From Marsupella aquatica (taxonomy: Eukaryota > Plantae > Marchantiophyta), in the NCBI GenBank assembly GCA_973895155.1, contig OZ316892.1, positions 3,599,223 to 3,663,222 of the forward strand: a DNA stretch of 64,000 nt, given 5' to 3'. The notes under the pieces were generated by a model that saw only the letters and a program-made list of their open reading frames with translations, did no database searches and was not told the origin of the DNA. The translations under genes and the position numbers were made by a program. Each line of letters starts with the position of its first letter. The first letter of the stretch is position 1. This document shows, one piece after another, positions 23,715 to 35,802 of this stretch.

Positions 23715-26695
23715 ATGGCAGCGGCAGCGGCAGTGTTGGTACATGCAGGTGTGGGTGTGGGTGTGGTGGTGGCCCGAGCTGGTACTGATCGGGCAGAAGT
23801 GAGAGGGAGATATGTGAGCAGCTGCGTTTCATCGTCGTCCTCGGCCTGGCAGAGAGGAGCGTCTCAGTTGCGGATGATCGGAGTCGCTACTGCGAAGAGG
23901 ACTCAGCAGCGTGGAGGAGTTGTCGTTAAGGCAACGGGAGAAGGGGTTGAGACGACAGAGGCCAAGGTGGCCGGCGACGTGCTCCCCTCTGCGGAGTGGC
24001 CCGAGAACTTCTCGCTCCTCAATTTCGAGGATCTGATTTCGCACTATGAGCCGGCTCTGTTCAAGGCAGAGGTGTGTGTTAGTCTCTTCCGTTGAAGTCA
24101 TGTCTTGGCATGTGCGCAGAAAGATTGGCCAGGGAAGGAGAAGGCTACGAGAATGGACATTGTTCCGCTTTGCCTGGTTTTCTTCCTCGTCAGATTCGAG
24201 TTAAAGCTCCGCGTTAGAATGGAAAGCTATGGATTCTTGACGGAGGGTTCGATGGTTATCATTCTCCTCATATTTAGCGAGGTGCGATGTGTTTATTGCG
24301 TATCCTTCTGTGATCGTCTCTCGGTGCGAGGACAGGTCCTGATGTGTTGTCTGAGACGGCTTGTATTCGATGTGGATAGCGTGATCGCTTTGTTGGAGCT
24401 CCGGTCTGTCGTTGCGTGGCCGTCTTTGCGTCCGTCAGTAATGCAAAGTAATCTCGCTAGTGGACACAGTGTGTGGTTGTCTTCCATTTACGATAGCAAG
24501 CGACCTGTGGTCGTGCGCTCCTTTGCCTTGCATTTGCGAAAGTGGTAGCCCGTATAGACAGTGCACTAAACTTTCACTTCGGTTTCCGAAGTGCTCGTTA
24601 GGAGCTTTGTCCTCGAAATGTCCAGAATCGTCTTCATATGACGATGATGATGATACCTCAGGGATCTCTCGGAAAGGAGCGCATGCGAATTAAGCTTGCA
24701 CTAGAACTTCTTTTTCGGTTCAAGTGTTCGTCAGAGTAAGACGAATGTAGTTCGTCGATCAGGGCTAATTAGATTGTTTGGATCTGCTGGGCCGATTCTG
24801 CTTATCTGGTGGCACTCTTTTCTGGCTCGTCTTTTGGTCGTCCAACTCACATCATCTGCTGTGGATAACACGAAAAAGTCGCGGTCAATTCATTGGATGG
24901 AGAAAAAAACTCCTGTAATTGTGGCTTAAAGACAGTAACACGCTTCACTACTGATTCTGTTCTTTGCGGTTTTGCCCATTCGCTGGCTTCTGGAAATGGC
25001 TTCGGGAAGTGGAAGCCTAAACATTGAGTTCTAGTTCAGCGCAATTCACCAGCTCCTTAATTCCTCGAAATCTTGAGGAATTGTTTGCTTACTTGATGGC
25101 CTTCGGATGTCCAAGCCTTGGGCTTTGAGTACACCTACGTTTAGTACTATGAGTAATTTGACAGTGTCTTCAGCGATTGCGAGTTGCCGGAGCGTCCAAT
25201 TCGATGTTTCGGCCGTCTGGTTTTTTCTGTGTTCTCCGTTGTTGGAACGAATCCTCAGATTCCTGATCACAAACTTTACGGGTTGGGCTTTGCAGGCACA
25301 GCCTGGGACAATGGTGGCTGATGTAATGTCGAAGACGCTCTACACAGCTTTTCCAGAGCAAACTCTGAGCGAAGTCTCCCACTATTTTGAAGAGGTCTCC
25401 GGTTTTCCTGTGGTGGACGAAGGATATAAAGTTGTCGGAGTCGTTTCCAGGAAGGACACAGCTAAGGCCGTCGAAGGGGTAAGTTTCAATTCGATATATG
25501 TGTTATGAAGTGCTTGTTTTTACACTTGGTTTTTTTTCGAGAGAGATGACTTTCCTCATACTTTGTGCATCTAGATCTTAGTAGTACTAAATGGTAGCGC
25601 GGTTTGCTACTTTCAGGAATTCTGTTTCTCTTTTTCTAATATGGACTACAAGATCCAAATTTTATAACGGGTCAGACATTCTCATACGATTAATTTAACC
25701 ATTGAAAAAGACGCGTTCCTTTTTCCTTGCCCATTCTTTAGCCCTCCGCTACATTGCACCGGAAGGAGCAGGCTGTTGTAATATTTGTACATAGCAAAGT
25801 TGATGTCGCTTTTAGCAGAACCAACGAGACTCTGTTTTTTTTAGATGCGTCGTTCCTAAATTTTACTGAGGATATTTCTTGGAGAGGGAATTGATTTTAA
25901 CGTTTGTGGGCGTGGAAATAACGTGGAGATGTCATTTGTTTACTTGCAGGAGAATATCAAGGTGAAGGAAATCATGTCTTCACCCGCTATCACATTATCT
26001 GCCGAAAAAACCGTCCAAGGTGATACAATTGCTCAAATGTTTTTTGAACATATCGAATGGTCTGACTTGTGGAAGTTCCCACTCCAGTAGCTACATGAGT
26101 CTAGAAAGGCCAAAGCGTTCTTCTCTGGACCTTATAATTTTTAGAAAGCTATTTGTAAAAATCTTCAGTTTGTCTCATTCATTCAGTCAATGTTTTTGTG
26201 TGAAGATTTTCTGAAGTAAATGTTTTCTCCACTGTGCTGTTATCCTAAGTCTGGCGAGGTTTTCAAATTGTATTTCATTCCAAGAGCGGTTTTACTCCTC
26301 TTTGATTATAACTTGCACGACTTTAATTTTTGATCTTGATTTCTATTTCCTTTTTTCAGACGCCGCAGTGCTGATGTTGAAGAACAAAATTCATCGCATT
26401 CCGGTCGTGAATTCTTCCCTACAAGTCGTGGGTATGACAGTTGTTCCATGTGTGCTTTATTATGTTGAACTTTCCAGACGAAGCTGTTTCCTGAGTTTTT
26501 TCAAATTTATTTCGCAAGCTCTAAACTCGGAAATTTGTGTCAACTCCTGGTTGTTTGTTTCCATCACTGGATGGTGCTTCACTCTTTAGATCGTCTGTTA
26601 CAGTCACTTAATCAAGATCTGTATCGTCTCCGCCTTGTGCAGGAATTGTGACAAGAACCGACATATTTACTGCTTTGGATGGTGACACCAAGTAG
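23715..26695 (+). CDS. CBS-domain-pair protein (CBSX-like) with chloroplast transit peptide; 5 exons, ~244 aa
   Basis: Exons 23715-24071, 25296-25478, 25950-26019, 26360-26431, 26643-26695 (735 nt, in phase). Ala/Ser/Val-rich N-terminus ending VVVKA. CBS motifs VADVMS..SGFPVVD..VVGVVSRKD and VKEIMSSPAIT..IHRIPVVN..VVGIVTRTDIFTAL. Confidence 0.9.
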
Positions 26696-27929
26696 TGTGA
26701 AGGATGAGGGTCTGCAGTCTCTGTGTGGGCTTGGCACTTCGATTGGATCCTGTCATTGTAAAAATAGAGTGGCATGGGGTGCTTGCGGCGTCGGTGCTAG
26801 TTTCCTAGTTTAGTTGTAATGGCTTGAGACGGTGCAATGCTACTTCTTGTGAAGGCTGGGAATGGACATGTCCGCATGTAGGTCTGTTGCTGGTTTCAGC
26901 ACCTGGAGTGGCCAAGTTGTACCAGCAACGTGTACAAACTGTGTACTTTTAAACAACCTCAGTTGCGAGATGGGTTTAGGAATAGACTCTCGTTTTCGAG
27001 CCGATCAGGCCTTCAGGATGAAACATAGATGTGATGAGTCCTTTGAGCAAAGTGATTAAAGCTTGGTCGAAGTTTGATCTTTGTGCTGTAGCGGTGGCCA
27101 ACATTCAGAAGGTATGTTAAGTCGAGCATATTTGGAAGTACATGGTGCAGCTTGAGCACTATTGATCCGTAACTCAGTAATGTACACAACACGTGTTTCC
27201 ATAGCTTTAAGTAAGGTTATATCTTTTGGTAGGCCAAATGAATTCCCTGACCTACTGCATTTTGCCTCTGAACAACCATTTCCGCCTTATTAACAACAGG
27301 CTGGACATTTAAGTGCTCGTTAGAAATCTAGAGCAATTTTGCGAAACCTTTTCCTTGATCATGAACGTTATGCAAGATTTAGTACAATTATGTTAAAAAA
27401 TTTCTTGTAATCTGAATTTGTACCACTTTCTAGCCAGTCCAAACCTGCTTTCTTCATTCATACCCTAACCTTCCATCAGGCCCTGATCGTCTTTCTCCGG
27501 GAGGCTCTTAGTGTAGTATCCAAGTGTTCTCCTGTCTGGGCCCCCCATTTTGATGTCTAATTCTTGGCTATTACGTTGCTATCTCAATAGCTTGTACCTA
27601 CTATATAACAACATATATAACACTATTGTAGTGTTTACCAGATTGGTTTATTTGTGAAGCCCAACTATTTGCCCACACAGTAAAGTTACTGATGTTAATT
27701 GTACACTAACAGTGTGGGCACTTTGCAACATTTCGGTAATACTAATTCTGTTTGTGCATATAACATTGTTTGTGGAGTAACATGGTCTCTAAGAAACTTT
27801 TAAGTGAAACAATCGGAGGACTCATTGTCCCCATATGCATCACAGCAAGATCTCAAGAAAGAGAGAACACATTGGAATGTAGGAGTTCTGTAGGTTGCTT
27901 CCTCTTCCAGAAATCTGTTTCCAGTGCTT

Positions 27930-28530
27930 CTTCCAATGCTCAATTTGTCTTGGGCTCTCCATCAGTAGTGGACCCTTTGCCATCAACGACAAATCCCTCT
28001 CACAAATCCCTCTCACAAATCTGTGTCCAATGCTTCTTCCAATGCTCAAATTGTCTTGAGCTCTCCATCAGTAGTGGACCCGTCGCCATTAACAATAAAT
28101 CCTGCTCACAAATCTGGCTGGATGGTACATACAATCGAGTCAATGTCATTGTGACTTTTCAACCCTGATTCCATCTCCTTTCTCTTGCTCTCTGGTGGGA
28201 ATTACTCAACAATAAATGTCGATTGCACTACTTGCCAATGCAATAGTAGCAGAGATCGTGACAACACAGCAATCTTAGGACGTGACTTTTCAACTCTGAT
28301 TCCATCTCCTTTCTCTTGCTCTCTGGTGGGAATTACTCAACAATAATGTCGATTGCACTACTTGCCAATGCAATAGTAGCAGAGATCGTGACAACACAGC
28401 AATCTTAGGACTTGACAACGAGAGTTATTCCTGGTTGTAGAATTGCAACCCCAAAAACCTTTCAGGATCAAGAGGCTAGGGAAACAGTCCAAAAACCTTT
28501 CAGGATCAAGAGGCTAGGGAAACAGTCCAG
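27930..28530. repeat. Cluster of local direct duplications
   Basis: ~100-bp duplication (TGCTTCTTCCAATGCTCAA..CTCTCCATCAGTAGTGGACCC x2), ~130-bp duplication at 28151-28410, and ~41-bp duplication at 28454-28530. Confidence 0.8.
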
Positions 28531-29337
28531 GAAGAGGTAGTGTCAAATTGCTAGACCTGAAAGTAGAGAGATGGAAGCCCATGGAAGAAACACCATGTAA
28601 AAGAAATTGATGTGATCGTTGAATGGAAGATGCAATTAAGACCTACTTGTAGAACTACAGGGGAACATTTGATTAGAGAGTTTGTATTTGTTGAATGTCA
28701 ATAAAATAAAACTTAAATAGTTGATTGTGAAGAAAAGATAGTTAAAAATGCTAACATTTGATAGTGGAAAGTTTATATGGATTTGGTTTGAACTTTTCAA
28801 AGGAAAGATAGGAGTTATATTGCATGTGGAGTTTGCAACTGCAAACTATTAAAGAAAATATTATAAGATATGAATGATAAGAAATTGCAAGGAGTGGGTA
28901 CTTTCATGTCCCACTACTTTGGGCCTTTCTTTTACAACATTACTTTAATTTTTTTATCATTCATATCTTGCAAGGTTTTCTTTAATAATTTGTAATTACA
29001 ATCTCCAAATACAATATAATTCTTACTTTTCCTTTAAAAGGTTTCAACTAAATCCATATAAACTTCCCATTATCAAATGTTAGCATTTTTAACCATCTTT
29101 TCTTCACAATCAACTCTTTAACTTTTATTTTATTGGCATTCAACAAATACAAACTCTCTAATCGAATGCCCCCTGCAGTTCTACAAATAGGTCTCAATTG
29201 CATCTTTCATTCAACGATCACATCAATTTCTTTTACATGGTGTTTCTTCCATGGGCTTTCCATCTCTCTACCTCCAGGTCTAGCAATTCGGCACTACCTC
29301 TTTCTGGGCTGCCTCCCTAGCCTCTTGATCCTGAAAG
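28497..29337. repeat. Long inverted repeat (foldback): ~390-bp arms, ~60-bp loop
   Basis: Left arm 28497-28886 is the reverse complement of 28947-29337, e.g. CTTTCAGGATCAAGAGGCTAGGGA / TCCCTAGCCTCTTGATCCTGAAAG. Differences are mostly transitions. Confidence 0.95.
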
Positions 29338-30263
29338 TTTGCACAACAAAACAAAAGACCTTCTTACTCCTACTCTACTAACCTATATCCTTCATACAGA
29401 CAGGTTTCCTAACTTCTCCTAACTATCGGCACGTATAATTGCCAAACTGCTTATTCAGTGTCTATAACCGTTTTATTCAACTAAGGCTACTTGTTAACTG
29501 TTGATTGTTTCTACTTGTACACTAATAATAACGATGGACAAGTAACTCTAAACTGTAACTTGTTATTGAATTGTGCACCTCTTCATTGGTTGTTTGTCAA
29601 TTACTCTTCTTCCTGAGCTATTACTTCCAAGTTCCTCCTCTATTTGCACTACTGCAAGCTTGAGTTCCTGCATTGTTGCCTCCACTTGTCCCAATCTTGT
29701 TTTGCTAGGTCCTTCTCCTATTTGTCAATATGTTGAGCTGGTTCTCATCTTATGAAACCCTAATATATGTTTAGTCCTCTTTCTCTTGTCTTCCAGAACC
29801 CTCACTACCCAACAATCATTCATGGCACGATAGCAATTCTTTTCTTGTTTGTTAACTTGTTTATGAAATTTATGCCCAATAACTCCAAAGAATTGAAAAC
29901 CAGCTTCTTCCCACACCTGATGAACATCATCGTTAATTTCTACAAAGAAGTTGTACATGCATTGTCCTGAACTGATTGGTCGACAAAAGTGATTCACCTG
30001 ATTTCGCTTTGGTAACCCTACACTCTATTCTTCCCTATTAAGTCTACTAAGCTCTTCGAGCACTCAGCCCCAAAGCATACAACTTCCCATCATCTTGAAG
30101 GATATCGCATCCTTCATAGACCAGATCACTGCCATGCATGCCCCAAATCACTGCAATAGTGATTCCTAACAAGCTGAAACTCCTAACTGATCCATCGCTA
30201 CAGAGCTTTTGCCTATCGTTGCTGATCAAATTGAACTTCGACTACAAAAAATGAAGCTTCCAT
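28980..30263 (-). pseudogene. Decayed two-exon ORF of unknown family
   Basis: ATG at 30263 (MEASFFVVEVQFDQQR*AKAL*RWIS*EFQLV..), then the 29725-29997 ORF and QIGEGPSKTRLGQVEATMQELKLAVVQIEEEL. Putative intron 29578-29332 (GT..TTTCAG) is phase-consistent with the downstream frame RIKRLGRQPRKR*CRIARPGG..KEIDVIVE*KMQLRP. Internal stops are TAG/TGA, explicable as CAG/CGA/TGG transitions. Confidence 0.5.
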
Positions 30264-30495
30264 TTCTTTACGGGGTTTAAATACTAGTTGCCTTGACAAC
30301 TTAACTTCTACTTTACTCTAACTTGGTAGTTAACTTCATAATTTTGCTACTTTAAGACTTGCGAATTTTCTGCTACTTCAGGTAGCTAGAAATTCTTTGT
30401 TATTAGTGTTGTTTTCTGTTGGAGCTAGCCTCACTCAACTTAGGGTTACTAGGGCTCATTATGGATAAACTTTTCAAAGATAAGTTCAATTGAAC

Positions 30496-32656
30496 TGTGA
30501 CACGGGTAACGTGTCACTTAACCGAACGCAGGTCATAGATTAGGTCTTATACGGTCATTAGGACCGTAGCCGTAGCGTAGAATAGCACGAATAGCCGTCT
30601 TTGCCATTATGAATAGATTAGGAGTAGGTTAGTGGATCGGATGATTATGAATTAAGGCAGAGGGTTATTACGCTCGACCGTGGTATGGTGGCGGCAGCGG
30701 AGTAAAATCCGTTAGAAGAATCACGCTTGGACCGAGACGCCGACTTCAGCTCATCATCAACGACCGGAACGACCTTGCCCACTCACGCTCGAAGCTCACT
30801 CTGGCACCTCCATAAGAGCGGAGTCGATGGCATTGCAGGCCATTTGCTCATTTATACCTTTCGGAATTCGCGGACGCTGCCATTCTCTCACCTTCTTGCT
30901 CTCAAGCTGACCTTTATGAGGAGATCATCGAGGGATAAGAGCGGGTTGTGGCAAGATTTAGTCGGGGCGAGGAAGGCCTCCACCAGTAAGTGGACCGAAC
31001 AGCGGGAACGCGGGTTCGATGAACCAGACTACAAAGGTTAGTATGACCCTTACAGCCTTGGGATTCTGGACCTTGTTTGGCGAGGTAGGTGCTAAGTTCT
31101 CCGAGACTTACTGGTACTCTTGTCCCGAGAAAGCCGCTTACGAAAGAAGATACGCAAAGTTGGTGGCCAAGGTAGCGCAGGTTAACTGCGAGAAGACAGC
31201 CATCACCAGGGATTCCAGCTACAACAAGCTGCGGGACTACATCACCGAGCTATATCTCAGCAATGAAGGGCTTAGATCAGTAGCGGAGGCTTCAATTCGA
31301 TACCGTGCTTCAGTTGTGCTCGGAATCCTCGGCCCGGGTTACCAGCCTGACCGACCTCAACAACCAATTCCTACAAACAGCTCAGTAGGTAGCTAGTCTC
31401 TCCGCCGAACGGGATAAATTGCAGGCGCAGGACCAGACCCATTGTGACTCCATCGACCAGCTCAACCTGGAGGTAGCACGGCTCCAGACAGAGGTTGATG
31501 AAGCTGCAAACAAGGCGGAGGAGGCGGTGCGGGACAACAAGGCCTTGCAGGACCGCATTACCCTGCTTGTCCTCCAGCGTGGAAGACCTGGGCCCACCTC
31601 TGATCAAGGCGGCTCGAGGTCTCACCCCGACAGGGGGACAAACCCTGGTCCGACCACGGCTCGCACGTAAGGGGTGGTTAGCGAAGGGAGGAAGCAGGCG
31701 CCGTGCAAGGCGGTTGAGTCAGCAGCATCTTCGGGTTAGGCGTAATGACAGAATAGTTGTCATTAGGTGCCGATTAGCGGCACAGTAGGAAGAATTAGGA
31801 CCAGATCAGTTAGATCAGCCAACGTAGGATAGAGTCCATCAACGGACTAGATTTTGGTCAGTAGACTTAGCTGATGCCATTCCGGTCAGCGCCCTTGTCG
31901 TCAACGGTCAACCGGTCAGAGGAGTGTTGTCGGCTAGTCAGAGGGTAGTTAGTCAGTAGGCATTACCCCGGAAGGTAGTATCCCCCGGTTCTTTTCCGCG
32001 AATGTAGTATTTAGGCTTCCCCTTCCGCTGTGGGAAGGGGGAGAAGGCTTAGTTATCTCAGTGTAAGGAAAGGCGAGGCACGGGGAGTCCTGGCCTGAGC
32101 AGGGTCAGAGCGCACCAAGGAGTGAGAGCCAGAGTCGAGCTTGTTGGGCAGGTGCGGGGCGGGGCCTCGTAGAGACTGGGCATCGACTGCCGTTGGGCCC
32201 GCTGACCCCCTTAGAAGTCGAGTCAACTATGTAAACTAATTCTTCGCTGAGTAAATATAGTCTTTTCCCTCTAATGTTTTTGCGAGTAACTGGTGTTGTG
32301 TGTATGCTTTGTCTGGGCAAAGGCGCCATTTCAAGGGACGTACCGGGTGCGGACTAATGGTAGGGATTGCCACCCATTGCACGTCACAAGGTTCTGTTGC
32401 GTCGATGGCTTGAAAGCCCCAAGCCGGGAGTTAGTCCGAGTCACTAATTGTGGGAATATTCCAGCGGTGGAAAACAAACATACCTATGACTAGTTCGAGT
32501 TGTGTGAGTGTTATACCAGTAAGTATATTGCTTAGCCCGACTTAGGGTCAATCGAGGCCACTACACACCTCCTTGCCCGAACCCTCACCCCTACTGGTGG
32601 TCAAAGTCGCCCCATGGAACTAAACCGGATTTAAGGCCCGGGTTAGGGGTGCGACA
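30496..32656. mobile_element. Solo LTR (Gypsy-like, 2161 bp) with 5-bp TSD
   Basis: Begins TGTGACAC and ends GGGGTGCGACA. Flanks are TGAAC (30491-30495) and TGAAT (32657-32661). Higher GC than surroundings. Confidence 0.8.
31019..31670 (+). pseudogene. Disrupted coiled-coil ORF inside the LTR
   Basis: 125-aa ORF 31019-31396 continues in a shifted frame (..VASLSAERDKLQAQDQTHCDSIDQLNLEVARLQTEVDEAANKAEEAVRDNKALQDRITLL..). One frameshift and one TAG at 31386. Confidence 0.45.
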
Positions 32657-34670
32657 TGAATAGTGTAGGTTGCTAATTGTTCTCTATTGAAAACCTCTTC
32701 CCAATACAACTATTGTACGTCTACTCCCATTTTCATTCCTTGGCTCCACGTACAGCCATGTCAGCATATGGGTTACAAATATGGGGAGTTTATCTTTGTG
32801 ACAATACAAACATAACAATGTGTGTTTGACTCAAGACCAACAAAAACTAAAACTGTTAGACCTGTGAACCATAAAAATTGTTTGTAACAACAAACAAAAA
32901 AGTTAAGAAAATTGCACTAGTAAGCCCTCGAATTTCTGAGATCAATGGATTTTGTGATGGATGAGGTGAGATGTTGATGATTAATGGTGATGGTGTGCTG
33001 CATATTCAACTTACAACTAGTCTCGGAACTTGACTACCTTAACACTTAGCTCCGGCGTTGTTAGCTTCAATGTCGATCTCTTCTATGGTCCAAGCCCGGA
33101 ACGGCCATCCGGGGAGGACTTAGCATGACAAGACTTGTGGGCAATGAGGCATTGCACTGGCCAAGGAAAAGCCCTAAGCTGGTGACGCACACTAGGACTT
33201 AGACTAGTTGTGGGTTGGTCAGGTCATGGGAAAGGGCTGGACTCAAAGTTGACCATCCGGACCCTCGGACAGACTTTGAGTTCTGAAGGCTTGAGTGAGA
33301 GCTCCTCTTGGGCCCAAGTCCAATAGAGTTTACTTCATGCACAACGGACGCTTGGGGCACGAGATATAGCCCAGCCTAGGTGTGGCCCCGGGGACCTCGA
33401 GTGACGACGGGTTCTATGGGCCTAGGCATGAGCACGGGGTTGGCCTGATCACAACGGGCAAAGGTACTCCACCTACGAACGCCAAACTAGAAAGTTAGGA
33501 GCATAGCCAACCCAATAGCCAGTTGGTGGCGTGCCTAGACGTGCGGGTTGGGGTCCAGGTGGGGGTCCAAAATATGGAGACCAAAGTTGGTCCGGGGTGG
33601 CAGGTCTCCAGAAGCATATATGAGGGGAGTGGTGTCTCCTTGGGGGCCAAGGGCGAGCCCAAGTTGTGAGCCGCGGCGGTCGCAACACCAAGGGGAGTTG
33701 CCACTTAAACGGAAATGGGTGCCATGGATGCTTGGGGTTTGCGAGGGCTATCTTGTCCGTTTGCCAAATCCCACTGAAACAACAACCAAATTGCGTTCAG
33801 TTTCCCACGGGGGCTTGCATTGGGGAGGCAAGGCCAAATAGGCATGGAAGTTGAGTTCCAAGTGCATTATTTTGGCCACTATGCTATCAACTGAGTGAGA
33901 ATCGTGAGTTGGTTGCTAGAGTCGGGCCATTATGATCCCGACGTTTTAGGGCAAGTTAGGCTATTTGGGCTATGAGGATGTCTTGGGGGCAGGGCGGTTA
34001 GCTAGTGATGGTTAGGTACATGGGGGAGCACGGACTGCACCCAAAGAGGGGCTATTATGGATATACAGTGGGTGTCGGCTCTGGCTCTGGCTCCGGCCCT
34101 GGCTCCGATTTATGGCAAGGCCATGCAGGCCAGGGTGGACCTATCGCTGACCTACTTACCAATGTATGTTGAGCTTGAGTTAGGATGCTATACTTGGGAG
34201 ATCTAGATCCTTGGGGGTTGCTTACCGGAATGTTTGGTGGCTGGTGCAGACTAAGGGACCGTTGAGCGACGGTCATGTTAGGGAGCAAGTGTGGTTTCAT
34301 ATGGGATTGGCTGTCAGAGGTGCCAGGGGCTTCAAGTTGTTTGCTCAAGGAGTTCAGTGGAGGCGTTCAGGCACAAAGGGCACTTAAGCGTGGGTGCTGG
34401 GATTGGTGAGGCGCTGGGTGGCAAGGGTCCACCACTCAACTTTAACTTTGTCAAGTGCTCTTATTAGTTTTAATGGTGCTGTTTTTGTGCTACTGGGGCA
34501 TCCTAAGTTACATCCAAAGAGTTTGTGAGCCATAGCTTTGTGGTTGCAAGTCCGTTTGGGCTAACCTTCTTAAAGGTGTTGCTTAGCTCAGGGACCTAGT
34601 CACTATACTAATTTGAAGATAAATGGATTCCCCAAACTTGAAAGGAAACAGAGAAGAAAAACAAAAATGA

Positions 34671-35163
34671 AAAAGTGGGGGAGAGGAAAGGGAAATGTTG
34701 TTAATTGACATAAATGATTTGGCACATTCATTAGTATCTGCACAAAATGAATTAATGGCTTTTAATGGATCACAAGTTAATATTGTGAAATGTTAGGGTT
34801 AACTTTTAAGTCTTAGTTAACCTCTATTAGGCTAATTGGCATTAGGGACTTTAATAATGATTAGCCATGACTCTAGTTCCTAGCATATAGGGGAGCAGAG
34901 ACGTGCTCCTCTTGGAGTCAACTCATGCTCATTGTTGAGGGAGCAAGCTAGGTGCTAGTGGAGCATTCTTGGAGAGTTTGTGGTATGGAGGCTTGGTATG
35001 GCCTAGAGTGAGTAAAACTCTTGTGTGTTCCCATGGATGTAGCCTCATTGGAGGTGAATCACGTATGTCCTTGTGCTTGTTGCTTGTGCTCTTGGTTGTG
35101 TGTCAAGTTTTTCCCAACTTGAAAAAGGCAAATGATAATGAACACTTTTGCAAAATACTAACA
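34671..35163 (+). mobile_element. Copia-like 3' end: polypurine tract plus LTR
   Basis: Purine tract AAAAGTGGGGGAGAGGAAAGGGAAA followed by TGTTG at 34696 (alternative start TGTTAG at 34791). Ends CTAACA at 35163. Homologous to 690-810. The GC-rich 33000-34600 stretch may be non-coding internal sequence. Confidence 0.55.
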
Positions 35164-35194
35164 CCACTTTGAGTTAGTGCAAAAATAAATCATC

Positions 35195-35802
35195 AGTGGA
35201 TCTGATAAAGGATGAGAAACAATGAGCTCTATGTACATTTTATGAAAAAAATAAGCTTTGCCGTGGCCATTGTTAGGGGTTGAGTCTAACTTCCACAGTC
35301 AGGAACCTTCATTTTTGTGAAGGATGGTGTGAGTATTTTGGGCCTTAATCTGGAAGCTTCAGTTTCACTAAAAATATTTTTTGTACTTGGGGTGACAATC
35401 TGGATGCCAGTAGTATGTGACCAAAGTTGTGAGTAAAAGGAGCAATTTAAGAATGTTTGTAATTTGTGAAAGACAATGCTATTAACATAAGTCATGTGAT
35501 GGGTCAGAGGTAGAGGATAGTGACAACCTCTAGTGATTGAAACAGTGTCGCAACTGAGTAGCTAGTGCTACCTAAATAGGCTGCAAGCTGGAACTTCCGC
35601 ATTTTTAAGCCAAATCTCAATCAAAACTGTAACAGGCTCTACTTGAGTCATTTTAGACGGTTTGCACTAGTCCATCCTAGCTTCTCTGGACCCTCTGTTG
35701 GCCATGTGGTTGATAATTTTTTTGGAATGATGAAAAATATATGTGGAAATTACTCAACCCCTAACAATGGCCAAGACAGAGCTTTGCTCCAACATATCCA
35801 CT
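35195..35802. mobile_element. MITE-like element with inverted subterminal repeats
   Basis: TGGCCATTGTTAGGGGTTGAGT..TTCCACA (~35264-35297) is inverted at ~35742-35773. Outer ends CAGTGGATCTG / CATATCCACTG. No TSD found. Confidence 0.6.
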
